Below, one piece after another: positions 1 to 13,656 of a stretch of DNA of 64,000 bases. The notes under the pieces are model-generated. The model was not told the origin of the DNA. It made no database searches and worked only from the letters and a program-made list of their open reading frames with translations. This DNA is from Geosiphon pyriformis uo1 (lineage: Eukaryota; Fungi; Glomeromycota), in NCBI GenBank assembly GCA_016748015.1, contig JAAOMT010000039.1:22426-86425 (forward strand), read 5' to 3'. Position numbers and translations under genes: made by a program. Each line of letters starts with the position of its first letter. Within the stretch, counting starts at the first letter, position 1.

Positions 1-1151
1 AAGATTCGAAATGTATAACCTTATGGGTCGTTAAAAAGATCTTGCTAAAAACGAATGCTATACGGGGACGCATTATTGGACGGGGGCTACTTGTGTTAAA
101 AATTGTCCTAAAATTATTATAATTAACCAAAAAATACTGATTATTTAAAAAGAAATAAATGATAGCTGTTGAAAATCTATGATTGATAAATGTTTTCAAC
201 GTCAAATTATTCAGGAAATCAAAAATTTGATTCACCAAACTGAAAGCCACGACTTGGAGGAGGCAGTCTTTACTGGACGGAATACTAATCAATTAGAGAC
301 AACTCTTCAATTTATTAACTCGATGGTGAAATGGGTTAAAGAAGGTATAAAAAGAAAGGATTATGCCATCCATTGGTTTATGTTTTTTTATTTATTTAGT
401 AATAAAGTTATAACGAAAAAAGTTACTTTTATTATGTATATATTGGGTAAAAAGAATTGTCATCTTTTTTATCTTGAAAAAATTAATGATAGACATTATT
501 AAATATTGCAATCTGAATCGGGAAAAATTATGACTAGGAAAAAAAGCAAATTGAAATATCTGTATATAAATATTGGTTTTTTTTTTCCAGGTAAAAAATT
601 TTATATTTGAGATTATCTATCAAATTATGCAATTTACAGACTACATTACTAAAGAACTTTTTTTTTAAAAATGGTTAATTTGTAAAAACTGTAATTTATA
701 AATTTATAACTGATTATAAATTTATAAATGATTATAAAATTACATATAAAATACAAGAAATATTAGGAATATCTGTGTCAAGGTAAACACTAGTCTTGAT
801 TAGCACAATAAATGATTTAGGCATATCATAATTTATCATAACAAATAACAGTTTTGTTCCTGATCAGCCAAAAATCCAAGCATGCAAATGATAAAAATGA
901 GTTTTTCTTATGTTTTCACAATATTTAGTTGATTTGTTTATAATTTGAATTTATTCTAGTACCGATGTATTTAACCTGCCATTAAAAACCTGAAAAGTTT
1001 AGAGATATCGTTCAAGACAATTTTAATGATGCTTTTGGTTACAGCAAAAAAAATATTTTTTCTAATCCCTAGACATGAAGTGCAAAAAAATAGTCCACTT
1101 TTAGATTTAAAAAATTTCTTAAGGTTTTCTCAAAATGTTAATACAACTAAT

Positions 1152-2833
1152 ATGAAAATTGCTTTACAAAATAGTTTAAAATCTATTTTTAATATTTTTC
1201 TCTTTGTTATTATAGCGATATCATTATTTTTTTTTATAAAGATAATTTTCATCGAATATTTTCTAAATACTAGTTCAAGTGATCTTCAAAGTAAATCGAC
1301 TTTAATAGAACGTCGGGTCAAGAAGCTAAATGGAAAATATACTTCAAAAAAACACAATTTCTCTGAAAATAATTTATTTCCCCAATTCTTTGAAAATGAC
1401 ACTCCCAGTTCTTTAAATAATAGTATTTTCTTAAACTATACAATTTTTAAAACTCTTAACTTTTATGATCGCTTTTCAAAACTCAAAAGAAGAGACTTTT
1501 TGAATAACCGAGACTTCACATCCTCTCCAGAAATTTCAGGCTCTTCTCTAAACTCACTTCAGTTATCGGTAGGGCCAGGTGCAAACAGACGATTAATGGA
1601 TGACAGAGTTATTGGGGATCAAAAAATGATTGAAAATTTTGCCCAATTCGCATTTTATGCGCAAGAAGCATATTGTTTGGATGAGAATAATGGAAAATAT
1701 GGTCCTGGTTTTTGGGGTGAGTATTTCGTGAAAATTTTGAGAAAGTGTTTTTTAGAAATCTGAAATAGTAAAGTACAAAAGAAAGGTTCTTTCATTTTAG
1801 ATATCAATTGCAGCTGACTTTTTCATCATTTAAAAAATATCATTTTTATTGATTTCATTTCTCTCACTTCAATTACCTAACTCCTCACCAGCCTACGCAT
1901 TTCAACCAGATAAACGTTATTCAAATTTATCCATCCAATCGAAACAAAAAAATACAAAAGTAATAGTCTACTTTCGTGGAAACCCCATCGATCCAGAAAA
2001 CTTGGTTTTTCGACAAAATGCTTTTGCTAGTTATCCTGGCGTTTCTGGCTCTTTTGTTGATATTGAATTGTATACAAAATTTCAAAATGGAAGTCCGGAA
2101 TTGATAGAAAGGATTGAAGCGTTAGTACCTGTTAATATTGATAATAAGTGTAGTATTTTTCTAACAGGGCATGGAGAGGGTGGTGGTAGGTTAATAGAAA
2201 ATTTTAATTCTTAATTTTTTCATCAATCCATTGAAGAAAATTACTCCACAACTAAATCAAATTTTAATCTCAGCATTCGCAGTATTCACTGCACTAAAAC
2301 TTCATGATACTCGACTCAAACGCTGTTCAATATTCACGTACACCTATGGAATGCCACGATTTGGTAGCTCAATTTTCGCGTCTCATATAATCGCCACCTT
2401 AACTCAAATTTTCCGTATAACATATAGCAATGATAATATACCCAGGCTCCAAATAGCTTCTAATGATCCACTTGATACTTTTGAACATCCCCCGACTGAG
2501 TATTGGATTAGTGATGGCTCTAATTGTCAGTGTAGAAATACTCCTACTCCAGAGTACCCTTTAAATCCTTATTACGTCTATGAATGTCCCCCAATTAGGT
2601 TTGGTCATTATGAAAACCCGGTTGGTATATATTTTTTTAATGAAAATAAATTTATGGCAAAAAATTTAAAGTTTTATTCTAAAAATTAATTTTTAATTTT
2701 TAATTTTTAATTTTTTCATAAGGATTGTAATTTAGGAGAAGAGTGGCTCGATGATTCAATCGTTGCTCCATCACATAATGGACCTTATTTCGGATACTTA
2801 ATGGGTGTATGTCCAAAACCCATATTTGGATAA
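1152..2833 (+). CDS. Class 3 lipase-like alpha/beta hydrolase with N-terminal TM/signal anchor, about 438 aa, nucleophile Ser replaced by Gly
   Basis: Exons 1152-1716, 1892-2185, 2274-2620 and 2723-2833 are joined by GT-AG introns and give one open frame. Lipase_3 motifs: VIVYFRG, FLTGHGEGGA, YTYGMPRFG, RITYSNDNIPRL, HPPTEYW, HNGPYFG. The start could be the upstream ATG at 1026. Confidence 0.85.
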
Positions 2834-2974
2834 TTATTTTTGAGGAATTCTATATTTTGTAATTCATTTTTGTGAAATAATAAAGAATATTTAATTTATT
2901 TAAATGAATTTTCATTTTTAGACTTGAATTTGGTTTTAGATATTTATTAAAATCTTTCTGACATTCTTATTTAT

Positions 2975-4005
2975 ATGATCATTTGTTTCGGAGAACTTTC
3001 AAAGATAATTTTCAAAATTTTCAAAATCAAAACTAATCAATATGAAAACCTTCTTTTAATTTATAATATCACAATTCGAAAGATTTTAACGATGGAGATA
3101 GAATTTGAATTTTTTTTACGAAAACTGTTAATTTGAGTTTGTTTAATTTCTACTTGATCTAATTTTGCTCTTGTCAACATAAAAGCCGTTAGAATTTAAA
3201 ATTCAAATTTTTTTTTTTCAATTAAGATGTGGTAATAAATTTTTTTCTAATTCAAAATAATGAATTTTGAGATATAATTTATAAAAAAGTTTTTGTATGT
3301 GATCAGTTATTTAATAAAATAAAATAAAATAAAATTATATATTTTAAAACTATATTAAGTTCTTTTTAGTGTGATCTTTTCTTTTAACTCAATTACTAGA
3401 AAGTTATGAGCAAAATATGGTACTATTGCTGCTAAAATTTGTGAAAGAACATGAAAAGTTTAGTTTTTATAATATATTATCGCTTGGCATTATATGAAGA
3501 TTTAACATAAAGAAATAAATCTTATCTTTAATAGAAACAATATTTTAACTCCCTAATTACCAAGTTTGAATTTAAGTTTGAGCAGCTCTAGATGAAAGGA
3601 ATAATTTTGGTTTGGTAATCAAATGAACTTCAAGAAAAGACAGGATTATTAGATATCCGAATTTCAAATTTTTTTATACCAAATTTCAAAAGCACGAAGG
3701 AGTCGTCTGACAATTTAATTAAGTGGAACTTGATTTATCTAATTTTTTTATTGATCATGAGATTGGCACTGGTAAATAAAAGTTTTAAATTTTAAATTCA
3801 AATGAAAAAATGTGCAATTTGCTTTTGTTAAATAAATTTTTTAATGGAAATTTGATTTTAAATTAGTATACACAACTTTATCGGGAAATCATTGTAAATA
3901 TGGTACCCTCTAGAGTTAAAATCGTATATATTTAAGATGTCGACATAAATTTGTCTGCCTATTGTATAACACATTCAAGCAATTTTTGTTTCCAAGATCA
4001 TTATA
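2975..4005 (+). pseudogene. Degraded tandem paralogue of the lipase-3-like gene
   Basis: Broken frames read FYTKFQ (about 3673), FFIDHEIGT followed by a GT donor at the same position as the GHGEGG intron (about 3745-3775), and YCITHSSNF (about 3960; compare FRITYSNDN). Many stops; boundaries approximate. Confidence 0.55.
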
Positions 4006-4533
4006 TAGATATTTATCTTTCACATGAATTATAATTTCTAAAATAAATTCAGTCTAACTAGTCTATTCTAGGTCTAATACTTTTACACATATATTTAAAA
4101 ATTTATTATATGATTCATATTTTATAAATTACTGTTTTCATACTGCTTTTAAGTATATTATATTGTCAATTTTATCAAAGAGATCTCTCAAAATTAAATT
4201 TAATTGTTTATTTTTTTCAATTTTAAAGGTGTAACATAATTTGAAATTTTAAATAAGATGTCAAAATAATTATAATTTTGCTTTTTTCTTTATAAAAGCT
4301 TTTATAATACTCAAAATTAATATGATTTTTTTTAATGCTTAATTAAGAAATATTATATATTTTTAAAAAGTGGTATTTGTAATATTCTTGTAATTTTTAA
4401 TTGTAACACTCTAAAAATAATTTGTAACAATAAGTTTAAACAATATAATTTATTGTAATGTTATCAACCTTTTTTAAAAGATTGGTTTTAATTAAACTTA
4501 ACAATTTAATTCTGTGACTTATTTTATGAAACA

Positions 4534-4988
4534 CAGTAATTGACAAAAATTTCTGGATTTTTTATGTTCATAAGCCTGCATAATTTTACAAATTTTAGCT
4601 TCATTTGAATAAAGTTTAAGGTTTTTAATTGTTTTAACTTGCTTGATTGGTCAGCTAACTCTTCAGATCTCGATCTAATTGAAAATTTGTGGGCTATTTT
4701 GAAACAGAGGTATAAAAAAGATTTAATATTTTGGATAAGTAATCATCATTAAATTGTAATTGATTTCAATCAATAATTAAAAAGATTGGAAGAGTTTAGA
4801 TTTGAATATATTTTTATTTAGAGAATAACATTAAAGATCAATTAAAAGCTATTGAAAAATATGAACAAAAGATAGATTATTCGTTTTTTTATTGTTAGCT
4901 TTATATTAAATTTACGCTTGTTTAAATAAAATTTTATATGTTTTAACTTTGTGCATAAAAAAAATTAGGAAACTTTTGTCCACCACTT
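4534..4988 (+). mobile_element. Degenerate non-autonomous Tc1/mariner element
   Basis: Imperfect TIRs of about 35 bp (CAGTAATTGACAAAAATTTC... / ...GAAACTTTTGTCCACCACTT, then TA). An internal fragment reads DWSANSSDLDLIENLWAILKQR, matching the Tc1 WPxxSPDLNPIENLW motif. Confidence 0.65.
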
Positions 4989-5589
4989 TAGGTATTCAAA
5001 CCTCTCATTGAAAAAAACATAAATTTTAATTTAAAATCAAAATTTTACAATAATTGATATATGCTGCAAATGTTCAAATTCTGAATTCTAAATATTTTCA
5101 TACAAAATTTTAACTTAACTAATGAATATTTTTATTGAAATTTTTCTACTGCTTAAATTGATGATTTATAAATAAATATTCATAAATTTTGTTATTATCT
5201 AATTTAATATGTATTAAGCTTTTATTTCTTAAATATTGACTACTTGAATTTCTTAAATGGTTAACACTTATAAATTGTTAAATATAGTTATAAACGCGTG
5301 ATATTAATAACAATAGCGTTATATAAGAAATTTTGAGCTTTTTTAAGATCAAAATCAAAAATTTTTTTGTACATTACTTATCATAACTAATTATTCAAAT
5401 AATAATATTAAGAATGAATTTTAAAATTCTTTGGCTTAAATATTATAAAATATTCCCTTATTTTCTGATGAAACAGAATTTCTACTATTTCCAAATGCAA
5501 TTAAATATTGGTATAAAAGAAAAATGGCCAGTTTCGCCAAGACAAAAGATAATCTAAAGTTTTTTTCATGGGGGTTTTTTATGTCAGAA

Positions 5590-5870
5590 AAAGCTAGCTT
5601 ATTTTGTTTTCGATGTATCATAGATGTTTAGTTTTATATAAAAATTTTGCAACAGCATGTTGGAAATACTTGGAAAGAAAATCCTAAGCATACAAGTCGA
5701 GTATCTCTAACGTTTCTTGCGGAAAATGTACTCGAAGTTATTGAGTAACTGCCACGCAGTTTGGATCTAAATCATATTGAAAATCTGTGGGGAATCATTA
5801 AGTGTAAAAGAGAAAAACGAATGCCACAAAAATAAATGATTCGGAATAATATATGGTTGAAGAATGAAAA
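5590..5870 (+). mobile_element. Tc1 transposase remnant (DDE C-terminal part)
   Basis: Reads NPKHTSR...FLAENVLEVIE*LPRSLDLNHIENLWGIIK...EKRMPQ. Related to the elements at 20960-22218 and 56278-56456. Confidence 0.7.
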
Positions 5871-6140
5871 TGTTGGAATAAATAAAATCAGTTGCTTTTA
5901 GCCTTTCCAACAATATATAATAAGTATTATTGCTTTACTTCAAAAATACAACCTGTTTGATAAAAACAAATTATTATAAAGGTATTTAAGATTAATATTA
6001 ATGGAATAATACAGTTATATAATAATTAATATTTATTTATTGAAAAATAAATATTCATATCAAATCAAAATTATCCCTTAAAAATTGTTACAACTTGCTC
6101 TTCTAATTTATTTTAAAAATTTACAAATAATGAAGAATAT

Positions 6141-6739
6141 TGTTATGATTGAAACTTACTTTTTAGTTTTTACTTATTTACTTAGCCATATTTAGTCACA
6201 TGTATTAGCCACTGATGTCATTAGGTAGCCACCCTATTTTTAGATGTGATCACTTACTTGATCCCTTTTCGAGAGTATATAAGTGAGACTTCCCAAAGCC
6301 GTAGAAAAACATTCACACTCAGATCAAAATCATTCAAAGCAAAGATCAATACAACGATGTCAACTCTTTTATTTCTTTTTCACTATTTTTTTTCCCTTTT
6401 CTTTTCTTGATTTGTATAATTGTTAAGTTTTTGTGAAGTATATTGAATAAACATTTACTGAAAAGTACAACTGATACCTGATATTGAATTCTAAGCGTAC
6501 TGATGTGAGGCATAGAATTATACCAGTGTGTTATCTTTTGTTGACAGTACAGACTATCCCTCTACCTTCAGATTCCTTTGTTACCTTTTAAAAAGAATAG
6601 CAACTGAGAATGATTTCGCACCTTGAATCCTTACTAATTCAATTTGCTCATTAAAGTTGAATTGCTCTTTGATTATTTTATTGCCATACAATAATACTCT
6701 CCCTTGCTATCTGTTAGCATGTTAAATCTGACCATAACA
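6141..6739 (+). mobile_element. Solo LTR (599 bp), probably Ty3/Gypsy type
   Basis: Termini TGTTATG...CATAACA (TG..CA with a 7-bp inverted repeat). Flanked by a 4-bp ATAT duplication (6137-6140 and 6740-6743). Internal TATATAA (about 6276) and AATAAA (about 6446). No internal gag-pol. Confidence 0.7.
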
Positions 6740-7416
6740 ATATAGTGAATATGTTCTAAAATTTTGTCCATTATAGCATAAAATTGTATAACATATGTTG
6801 TCTAATTTATAGATGGTAAATTACCCACAAAATTATTATGCCTTAAATGATTTTTTGAACCTAATTTTTTTCTTTACAAATAATTCATTTTTTTAGAAAA
6901 AATTAAATATTCCATTTATAGTATAGGTAATCTGTTATATACTCATAAAATAATATAATTATAAATGATAATGCTTTTAATTTTACATTTTAATCAATAC
7001 CAACTTAGAAAAAATATTAAGCCATTTAATACAAAAAAACTATCTATATAAATTAATTCAATATTTTATTCCTTAATTATTACAAATAAATAATTACACC
7101 TTTCCAAAAGTAACACCTGATTTTTGTTATAAAAATCTAGACTTCAACGATTATTCGTTAATAAAATACTTTTATGTAATTAATACTTTTTTTACAAGTT
7201 CAAAGAAAATGTCATTTAAAAAAGCTTCATAGAGTAACACTCAGTCAGAATATATTAACGCTTAAAATAAATGAAATAAAATTGCATATCCAATTCGATC
7301 TCTTTATTGTGCTTAGAGCAATAAGCTATAGAAGACTCTTAGTACAAATTCCCAAATAGGAGCGCTATTTGATACAAACTAAAAACATAGATGATTGGAT
7401 TATATGATACGAAGTT

Positions 7417-8912
7417 TTACAATTTGATTATTTGAAAGACTTCATACTCCTCGACAGAGAAGTTTACTCTTTCATGTTCTGAATCAGGCATTATAGCGTG
7501 CTCATAAGAATTATCGCTTCGACAATAGCATCCAGACTTATTTTGAAAATCATCACCTCCCATTACAAGATTAGACTCGCCAAATTTAGGTCCATATTTA
7601 GAGGAATAATTACCTCCATGTTCGACACTAAATTTGCTAAGTTTAGCATTTTCAGCTTTCCCATTTCCAAGGGAGAAAATAAAACTTCCATCTCCCTTTG
7701 ATAAACGGCCACCAGAATGCCAAGATACTGGGTTATATCCGCCAATCAGTTGACCAGTTTCTTTCACTTTGATAACAGTGACTGTTGCTCGTTTATCATT
7801 ACATAATCGGTGAAAATCGGCTGGAGTGAATCCGTCTCGACTGCCTTGAAGTAACAAAGTAATTTTATATTCAAGTTGGTTTTGAAAAGGAGTATTCTCG
7901 TCTTTGTCCTCAATCCAGTGAAGAAGCTGTTTTAAATTATGTATTTCAAGAAGTTTTGTTCGTAATCGTAATGGCTGAGCGTCTACAGACGTTTGATGAC
8001 TCCCCGGTACTAAATAATGATGTAAAAGATCCTCATATAAAGTTCCGGGCAAGATTTTTTCAAACGGTTTTACTTTGTAGTAGAAGTCAACGGAAGATAT
8101 ATGAAAGAAACGGATAAAAGGTAGAAATTCTTCAATTATCCCATTAAAGGCTTCAAAGTTTTCATCCGTCCAGTTAGAGATTTCTTTTATATCAATATTG
8201 TTAGCCAATTTAGCAGCTCCCCATTCCACAACCTTTTCCCATATTTCAGCTTCTTGCAAATCAAAGAGATCTCTTTGTAGGAATGAAACTAAAGCACATT
8301 GATCAAGCGAGGTGAAATCTTGAGAGTTGAAGATCGCAGCTGGATTTCTAACAGCTATCTCGGTAAAGAAATCCTGTAGCTTTTTAAAGGATGGATACTT
8401 GTATGATGTTTCACGTAAAGTGAGAAAATTTTCTTTCAACTCTTTTGCATGGTGTTCAATTAAGTAGTCTTCAAGGTGGTTAATGAGCTTTTCCAAAATG
8501 AGCTCTTCAGCGGCAACGATTAATTCTAAAATTTTAGGCACTTCGTATTTGTTAAGTTCTATTTCACCGCTATACATGTATCTAAACAAAAACCAAAAAT
8601 ATTAAATACTAGAAATAAAATACTAATAAATGTATATTGAACAAACTAAACTCACCGAAGTATCACCTCAAAAATTTGAGGAGAAATATTAGGTTCAGAA
8701 AAAAGAATAATGCCATTTTCTCTTTGAACCAAATTACTAGAGAGAGCAGCGGCAAAATACGAGGATCTTGTTGCTAAGACCAACCCATGAGCGTGAAAAG
8801 TTATCGCATTAGGTCCATTACCAACGGTAATTCTAACATCAGAACATTTTTGGTTATTCAATAGGCTCGCAAAATCGAAAGACAAATCGTGGAGGAGTTG
8901 TTGGGATCCCAT
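7417..8912 (-). CDS. BTB/POZ-BACK-TLDc protein (copy A, 473 aa)
   Basis: Exons 8912-8656 and 8581-7417; a GT-AG intron splits EVILR/YMYSG. BTB: FHAHGLVLATRSSYF. BACK: FTSLDQ...EAEIWEKVVEWG...IRF. TLDc: LLLQGSRDGF...FHRLCN...IGGYNP...GPKFG...EYEVF. Confidence 0.92.
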
Positions 8913-11236
8913 GAATATCCAGAAAGCAGTAGCTGAAAGAAGATTATCTTTTGCCCACTTGCTTATGTTTACCTTTAAAAAAAATCAATGAGACACGTAT
9001 TAGAATCTATGACGCAGTCTCTCATATCTTAATCTGCAATTGATTATCACCGATAACAAGATTTTAGTCTAATTTTTTTGATTTTATTTATAAATTAAAA
9101 ATACATATATAAAAAAACTGGATATAACATTCAGAAACAAAGTTAAAAAATTGAATAAATTTTTGTATTAGCTAAAAACTAATATGTCGATTTTTTAGAA
9201 ATAGAAATAAGAATTTTATGCATTATATTGTTCTAAACAAATAAATTTATTTAATAAAATAAGTCATTAATGTTGGAAATTTTACTTATTCTATTTTTAA
9301 AAGTAATTATTAACTTGGTTATCACTTTAACTATTAATCAAATTGTCAGTTGTCGATTTGGTTATTTACAAATAAACTTAAATGCAATAATTAAATCATA
9401 TCTTATTACGAATTTAAAAATAATTAAAGTTTGTCAAAATTAAATAAGTTGAGTATAGTTTTTAAAATTTTTTTAATATGAAAATATTAATTTAACATAG
9501 TATTGTTTAAATTTTTTATATAAAACCTAATAATATTAAAATAATTAAACTTAAATAGATAGCTTAACATCAAAATTACTAAACTTATTATTATTACAAT
9601 TTTAATAAACTTAAGAATGATTTTTATTATAACTTATTTTTAAAAATAATAATTTTTATTTTTTATATATAATTATAGCCCAAATATAATATACTGCAAT
9701 AATTCATATATATATATAAAGTAAATATCATGCATCCATTTGTTTACATTTAATTGATAATTCAGATCTGTTAAGATTATTCTAAATTAAAACATTAGTA
9801 TTTACAATTATATTACTAATATATTTAAAAGTCTTATAGCTTTTAATAATTTGCAAAGTTTTACTTTGCCATTTGAAAGATGATAGTAGCAATAGTGATG
9901 AAAAAGTGGCTTCGCAATAGTAGTGACAACACTAGAAATGTTTTGATATACTACTTGACAATTTTCTTATGAGAGTCCCGTGCAATTATCAGTTTCATCT
10001 GGTATCGCCCTAATCCTAAGAAAAAGAAAGCAATGTGTTTTATTTATGCAAAAAACCAAAATATATATTATAGGAATTATATGACTAGCATAAATCTTGT
10101 TATATCAAATCAATAATTCCAAATTCTTCAAATTCAAAACCTAAATATTTTATAAATTGAATTCTTCATTTAAATATTTTTCTTATTCTATCAAATATAA
10201 AATCAATTTTGCAGTTTTTACTTACAAGATGAGTCCTTAATCGATGCGAGATTATCTTGATTAAAAATTTGTTTGGTTGTTTTGAAAGCACCTTGCTTCT
10301 CTTTAACTAAAGGTACTTTAGTCCAAGTAGTATACCAAAATATTTCTAGTGTTGTCACTACTATTGCGCAGCTGCTTTTTCATCACTACTGCTACTATCA
10401 TCTTTCAAATGGCCAAGTAAAACTTTGCAAATTATTAAAAGCTATAAGACTTTTGAATATATTAGTAATATAATTGTAAATACTAGTGTTTTAATTTAGA
10501 ATAATCTTAACAGATCTGAATTATCAATTACATGTAAACTATTTGGGCTATAATTATATATAAAAAATAACAATTATTATTTTTAAAAATAAGTTGTAAT
10601 AAAAATTATTCTTAAGTTTATTAAAATTGTAATAATAATAAGTTTAGTAATTTTGATTTTAAGCTATCTATTTAAGTTTAATTATTTTAATATTATTAGG
10701 TTTTATATAAAAAATTTAACAATACTATGTTAAATTAATATTTTCATATTAACAAAATTTTGAAAACTATGCTCAACTTATTTAATTTTGACAAACTTTA
10801 ATTATTTTAAAATTCATAATAAGATATAATTTAATTATTGCATTTAATTTTTTTTGTAAATTTTACAAATTAAATTATTATTCACCAAAAAATTAAAATA
10901 AATTTATTTGTTTAGAACAATATAATGCATAAAATTCTTATTTCTATTTCTAAAAAATCGACATATTAGTTTTTAGCTAATACAAAAATTTTATTCAATT
11001 TTTTAACTTTGTTTCTGAATGTTATATCCAGTTTTTTTATATATGTATTTTTAGTTTATAAATAAAATCAAAAAAATTAGACTAAAATCTTGTTATCGGT
11101 GATAATCAATTGCAGATTAAGATATGAGAGACTGCGTCACAGATTCTAATACGTGTCTCATTGATTTTTTTTAAAGGTAAACATAAGCAAGTGGGCAAAA
11201 GATAATCTTCTTTCAGCTACTGCTTTCTGGATATTC

Positions 11237-11256
11237 NNNNNNNNNNNNNNNNNNNN
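11237..11256. other. Assembly gap (20 N)
   Basis: The N run lies exactly where exon 1 and the intron of the inverted BTB copy should be. Confidence 0.99.
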
Positions 11257-11990
11257 GAAGAGCTCATTTTGGAAAAGCTCATTAACCACCTTGAAGACTA
11301 CTTAATTGAACACCATGCAAAAGAGTTGAAAGAAAATTTTCTCACTTTACGTGAAACATCATACAAGTATCCCTCCTTTAAAAAGCTACAGGATTTCTTT
11401 GCCAAAATAGCTGTTAGAAATTCAGTTGCGGTCTTCAACTCTCAAGATTTCACTTCACTTGATCAATGTGCTTTAGTTTCATTTTTACAAAGAGATCTCT
11501 TTGATTTGCAAGAAGCTGAAACATGGGGAGCTGCTAAATTGGGTAGCAATATTCAGGTAGAAGAAAGCTTTAATTGGACAGATGAAAACTTTGAAGCCTT
11601 TAAGGAAATAATTGAAGAATTTCTACCTTTAATCCGGTTCTTTCATATATCTTCTGTTGACTTCTACTATAAAGTAAAATCATTTGCAAAATATTTTACC
11701 CGAAACTTTATATGAGGATCTTGTACATCATTATTTACCAGGGAGTCATCAAACGTCTGTAGACGCTCAGCCATTACGATTACAAACAAAACTTCTTGAA
11801 ATACATAATTTAAAACAGCTTCTTCACTGGATTGAGGATAAAGACGAGAATACTTCTTTTCAAAACCAACTTGGATATAATATTACTTTGTTACTTTAAA
11901 ACAGTCGAGACGGGTTCACTCCAGCTGATTTTCCCCGATTATGTGATAATAAAGGACCAACAGTCACTGTTATAAAAGTGAAAGGAACTA
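11257..11990 (+). pseudogene. BTB-BACK-TLDc pseudogene (copy B, 5' part in the gap, 3' truncated)
   Basis: Internal deletion in BACK (EAETWG), frameshift at about 11690, stop at about 11897; homology ends at VKGT, about 11990. Confidence 0.8.
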
Positions 11991-12249
11991 GTGAATGAAC
12001 ATATAAAAATAGAAAATCTATAAATGGTATGTGTCTTATCATGGATTGTTACCTTGTGCATATACATGTATAATTATTTTAATCAATTTTGTGTTATTGT
12101 GCTATGCAACTTGGCTGTCAATTATTTAATATTGATAAAATTTATTATTTTTAAATTTTCAGGCCAACGAACTTGAATTGTATTCAAAAATGACTTTTAG
12201 TAGTAATGAATAACCTTGAAATTATGTGTGCAAGGATAAAATATATTTC

Positions 12250-13656
12250 TGTAGGAAATATCAACTTAAAAAATGATCGATTAACTTTTTGGGAAAAATA
12301 TTTTTCAATAGATTTTTGTCCAATTGAAATAAATATGACATCTTTTTCAAGTAGTCTATCAGTGAAAAGATGTTTTTAAATTTTATTTTATAATATTTAT
12401 ATTAAAAAGTATCAAGTTTTTGCTGCGCGGCTTACGTGTAATAAATTCATTTCTTTTTTATAAGATTTTATTTAAAAGCTAGTTTCTCTAATTTTTACAC
12501 ATTTTTTGATTTAGAATATTGATCTAATTTTTGGTGATTTTAAAATAAAAATGTTCTTGATTTATTGAACAAAACTTTCAAAGCCTTGTTAAAACTACAG
12601 TTTCTAAATCAGTTTTAAATCTTGAATCCAATTTAACTTGATTTATTCATAAAATCAGCAAAATACCATTTTTTTCTTGGTTAAATGCTTTTTTATAATC
12701 TAAGCCCATCATATTTGAATATATTTTTTAGCCTAAATATTAAACTGACAATATATTCATTTTATATATTGAACCTGAATTAAATCTTAAAAATTGAAGT
12801 TTTCATCATAAATAGATATTTTAGAATAACATAAATCTTTTAGGATTATTTAATATCTAATATTCATCAGAATTTAGCAAATAGGAAGTTAATGGATTGT
12901 TCTAAAAATAAACTTTTTATAATCTGATTCATAAAAATCATTATAAGGATTGAATGAATAGCATGTTGATTGCTTAGCGATCATTTCTTGCTAATAAAGG
13001 AAAAACTCTTTTTATGCAAGATTTTATTGAAATAGTTAATAAACTGTTAAGCAGAATTACCTATTAATCTTTCAATCATGGTTCTGGATTGGGTTTGTTA
13101 GAATGAATTATACAGCCATAAAAATAAAGATATTTTCAAGATAACCATGATTAAATCTTTGACGTCTCTTAATTCAAATTTTAAGTTTACTTTTTCAGAT
13201 TATCTCTTCCATTTCCCGGTAGTTACCAAATACCATCGCCATTTATTTATATTAAATCTAAATTTACACTTTGAAGAGTGAACAGCTATAATCATGCGGA
13301 AACATGTAGAAGTGACTTTTCTAATGCCATTTAATGAATAACATGATAAAGAAAAAGATCTTGAAGCGTTTTATCGTTTAATATCTTCAAAAAGTGAACT
13401 CTAAGAATTTTAAGTGAGCAATATGTTTATTTTTTTCCAAGTTCTAACTAATGTTCTTCAAAAAAAAGCTTCATATATTCAGAATGTTCTGATCATTAAA
13501 ATAAATGAATATTACTTAATATCCATTCCACTATTTCCTATATACTTAGAGTAATAGGCTATAGAATACTTTGCTCGTGCAAATTTCTAAAATAAGAAGC
13601 CCTTTTCGATATAAACTTTAGAAAATATAAAAACTTAATTATTTGATTTATATGAA
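12250..13656 (-). repeat. Downstream flank co-duplicated with 34925-36256
   Basis: Reverse-complement similarity, e.g. 13200-13330 vs 35270-35400 and 12253-12282 vs 36222-36256. Confidence 0.7.

Larger units (their letters stand above)
7775..11990. repeat. Large inverted duplication (arms about 7775-9958 and about 10323-11990, spacer about 360 bp)
   Basis: 8913-9958 is the near-identical reverse complement of 10323-11236. Homology continues through the BTB-TLDc coding sequence beyond the N gap. Confidence 0.9.

Noticed and set aside
179-502. 107-aa ORF
   Set aside because: No recognisable domain; it may be an exon fragment, but I cannot support a gene model.
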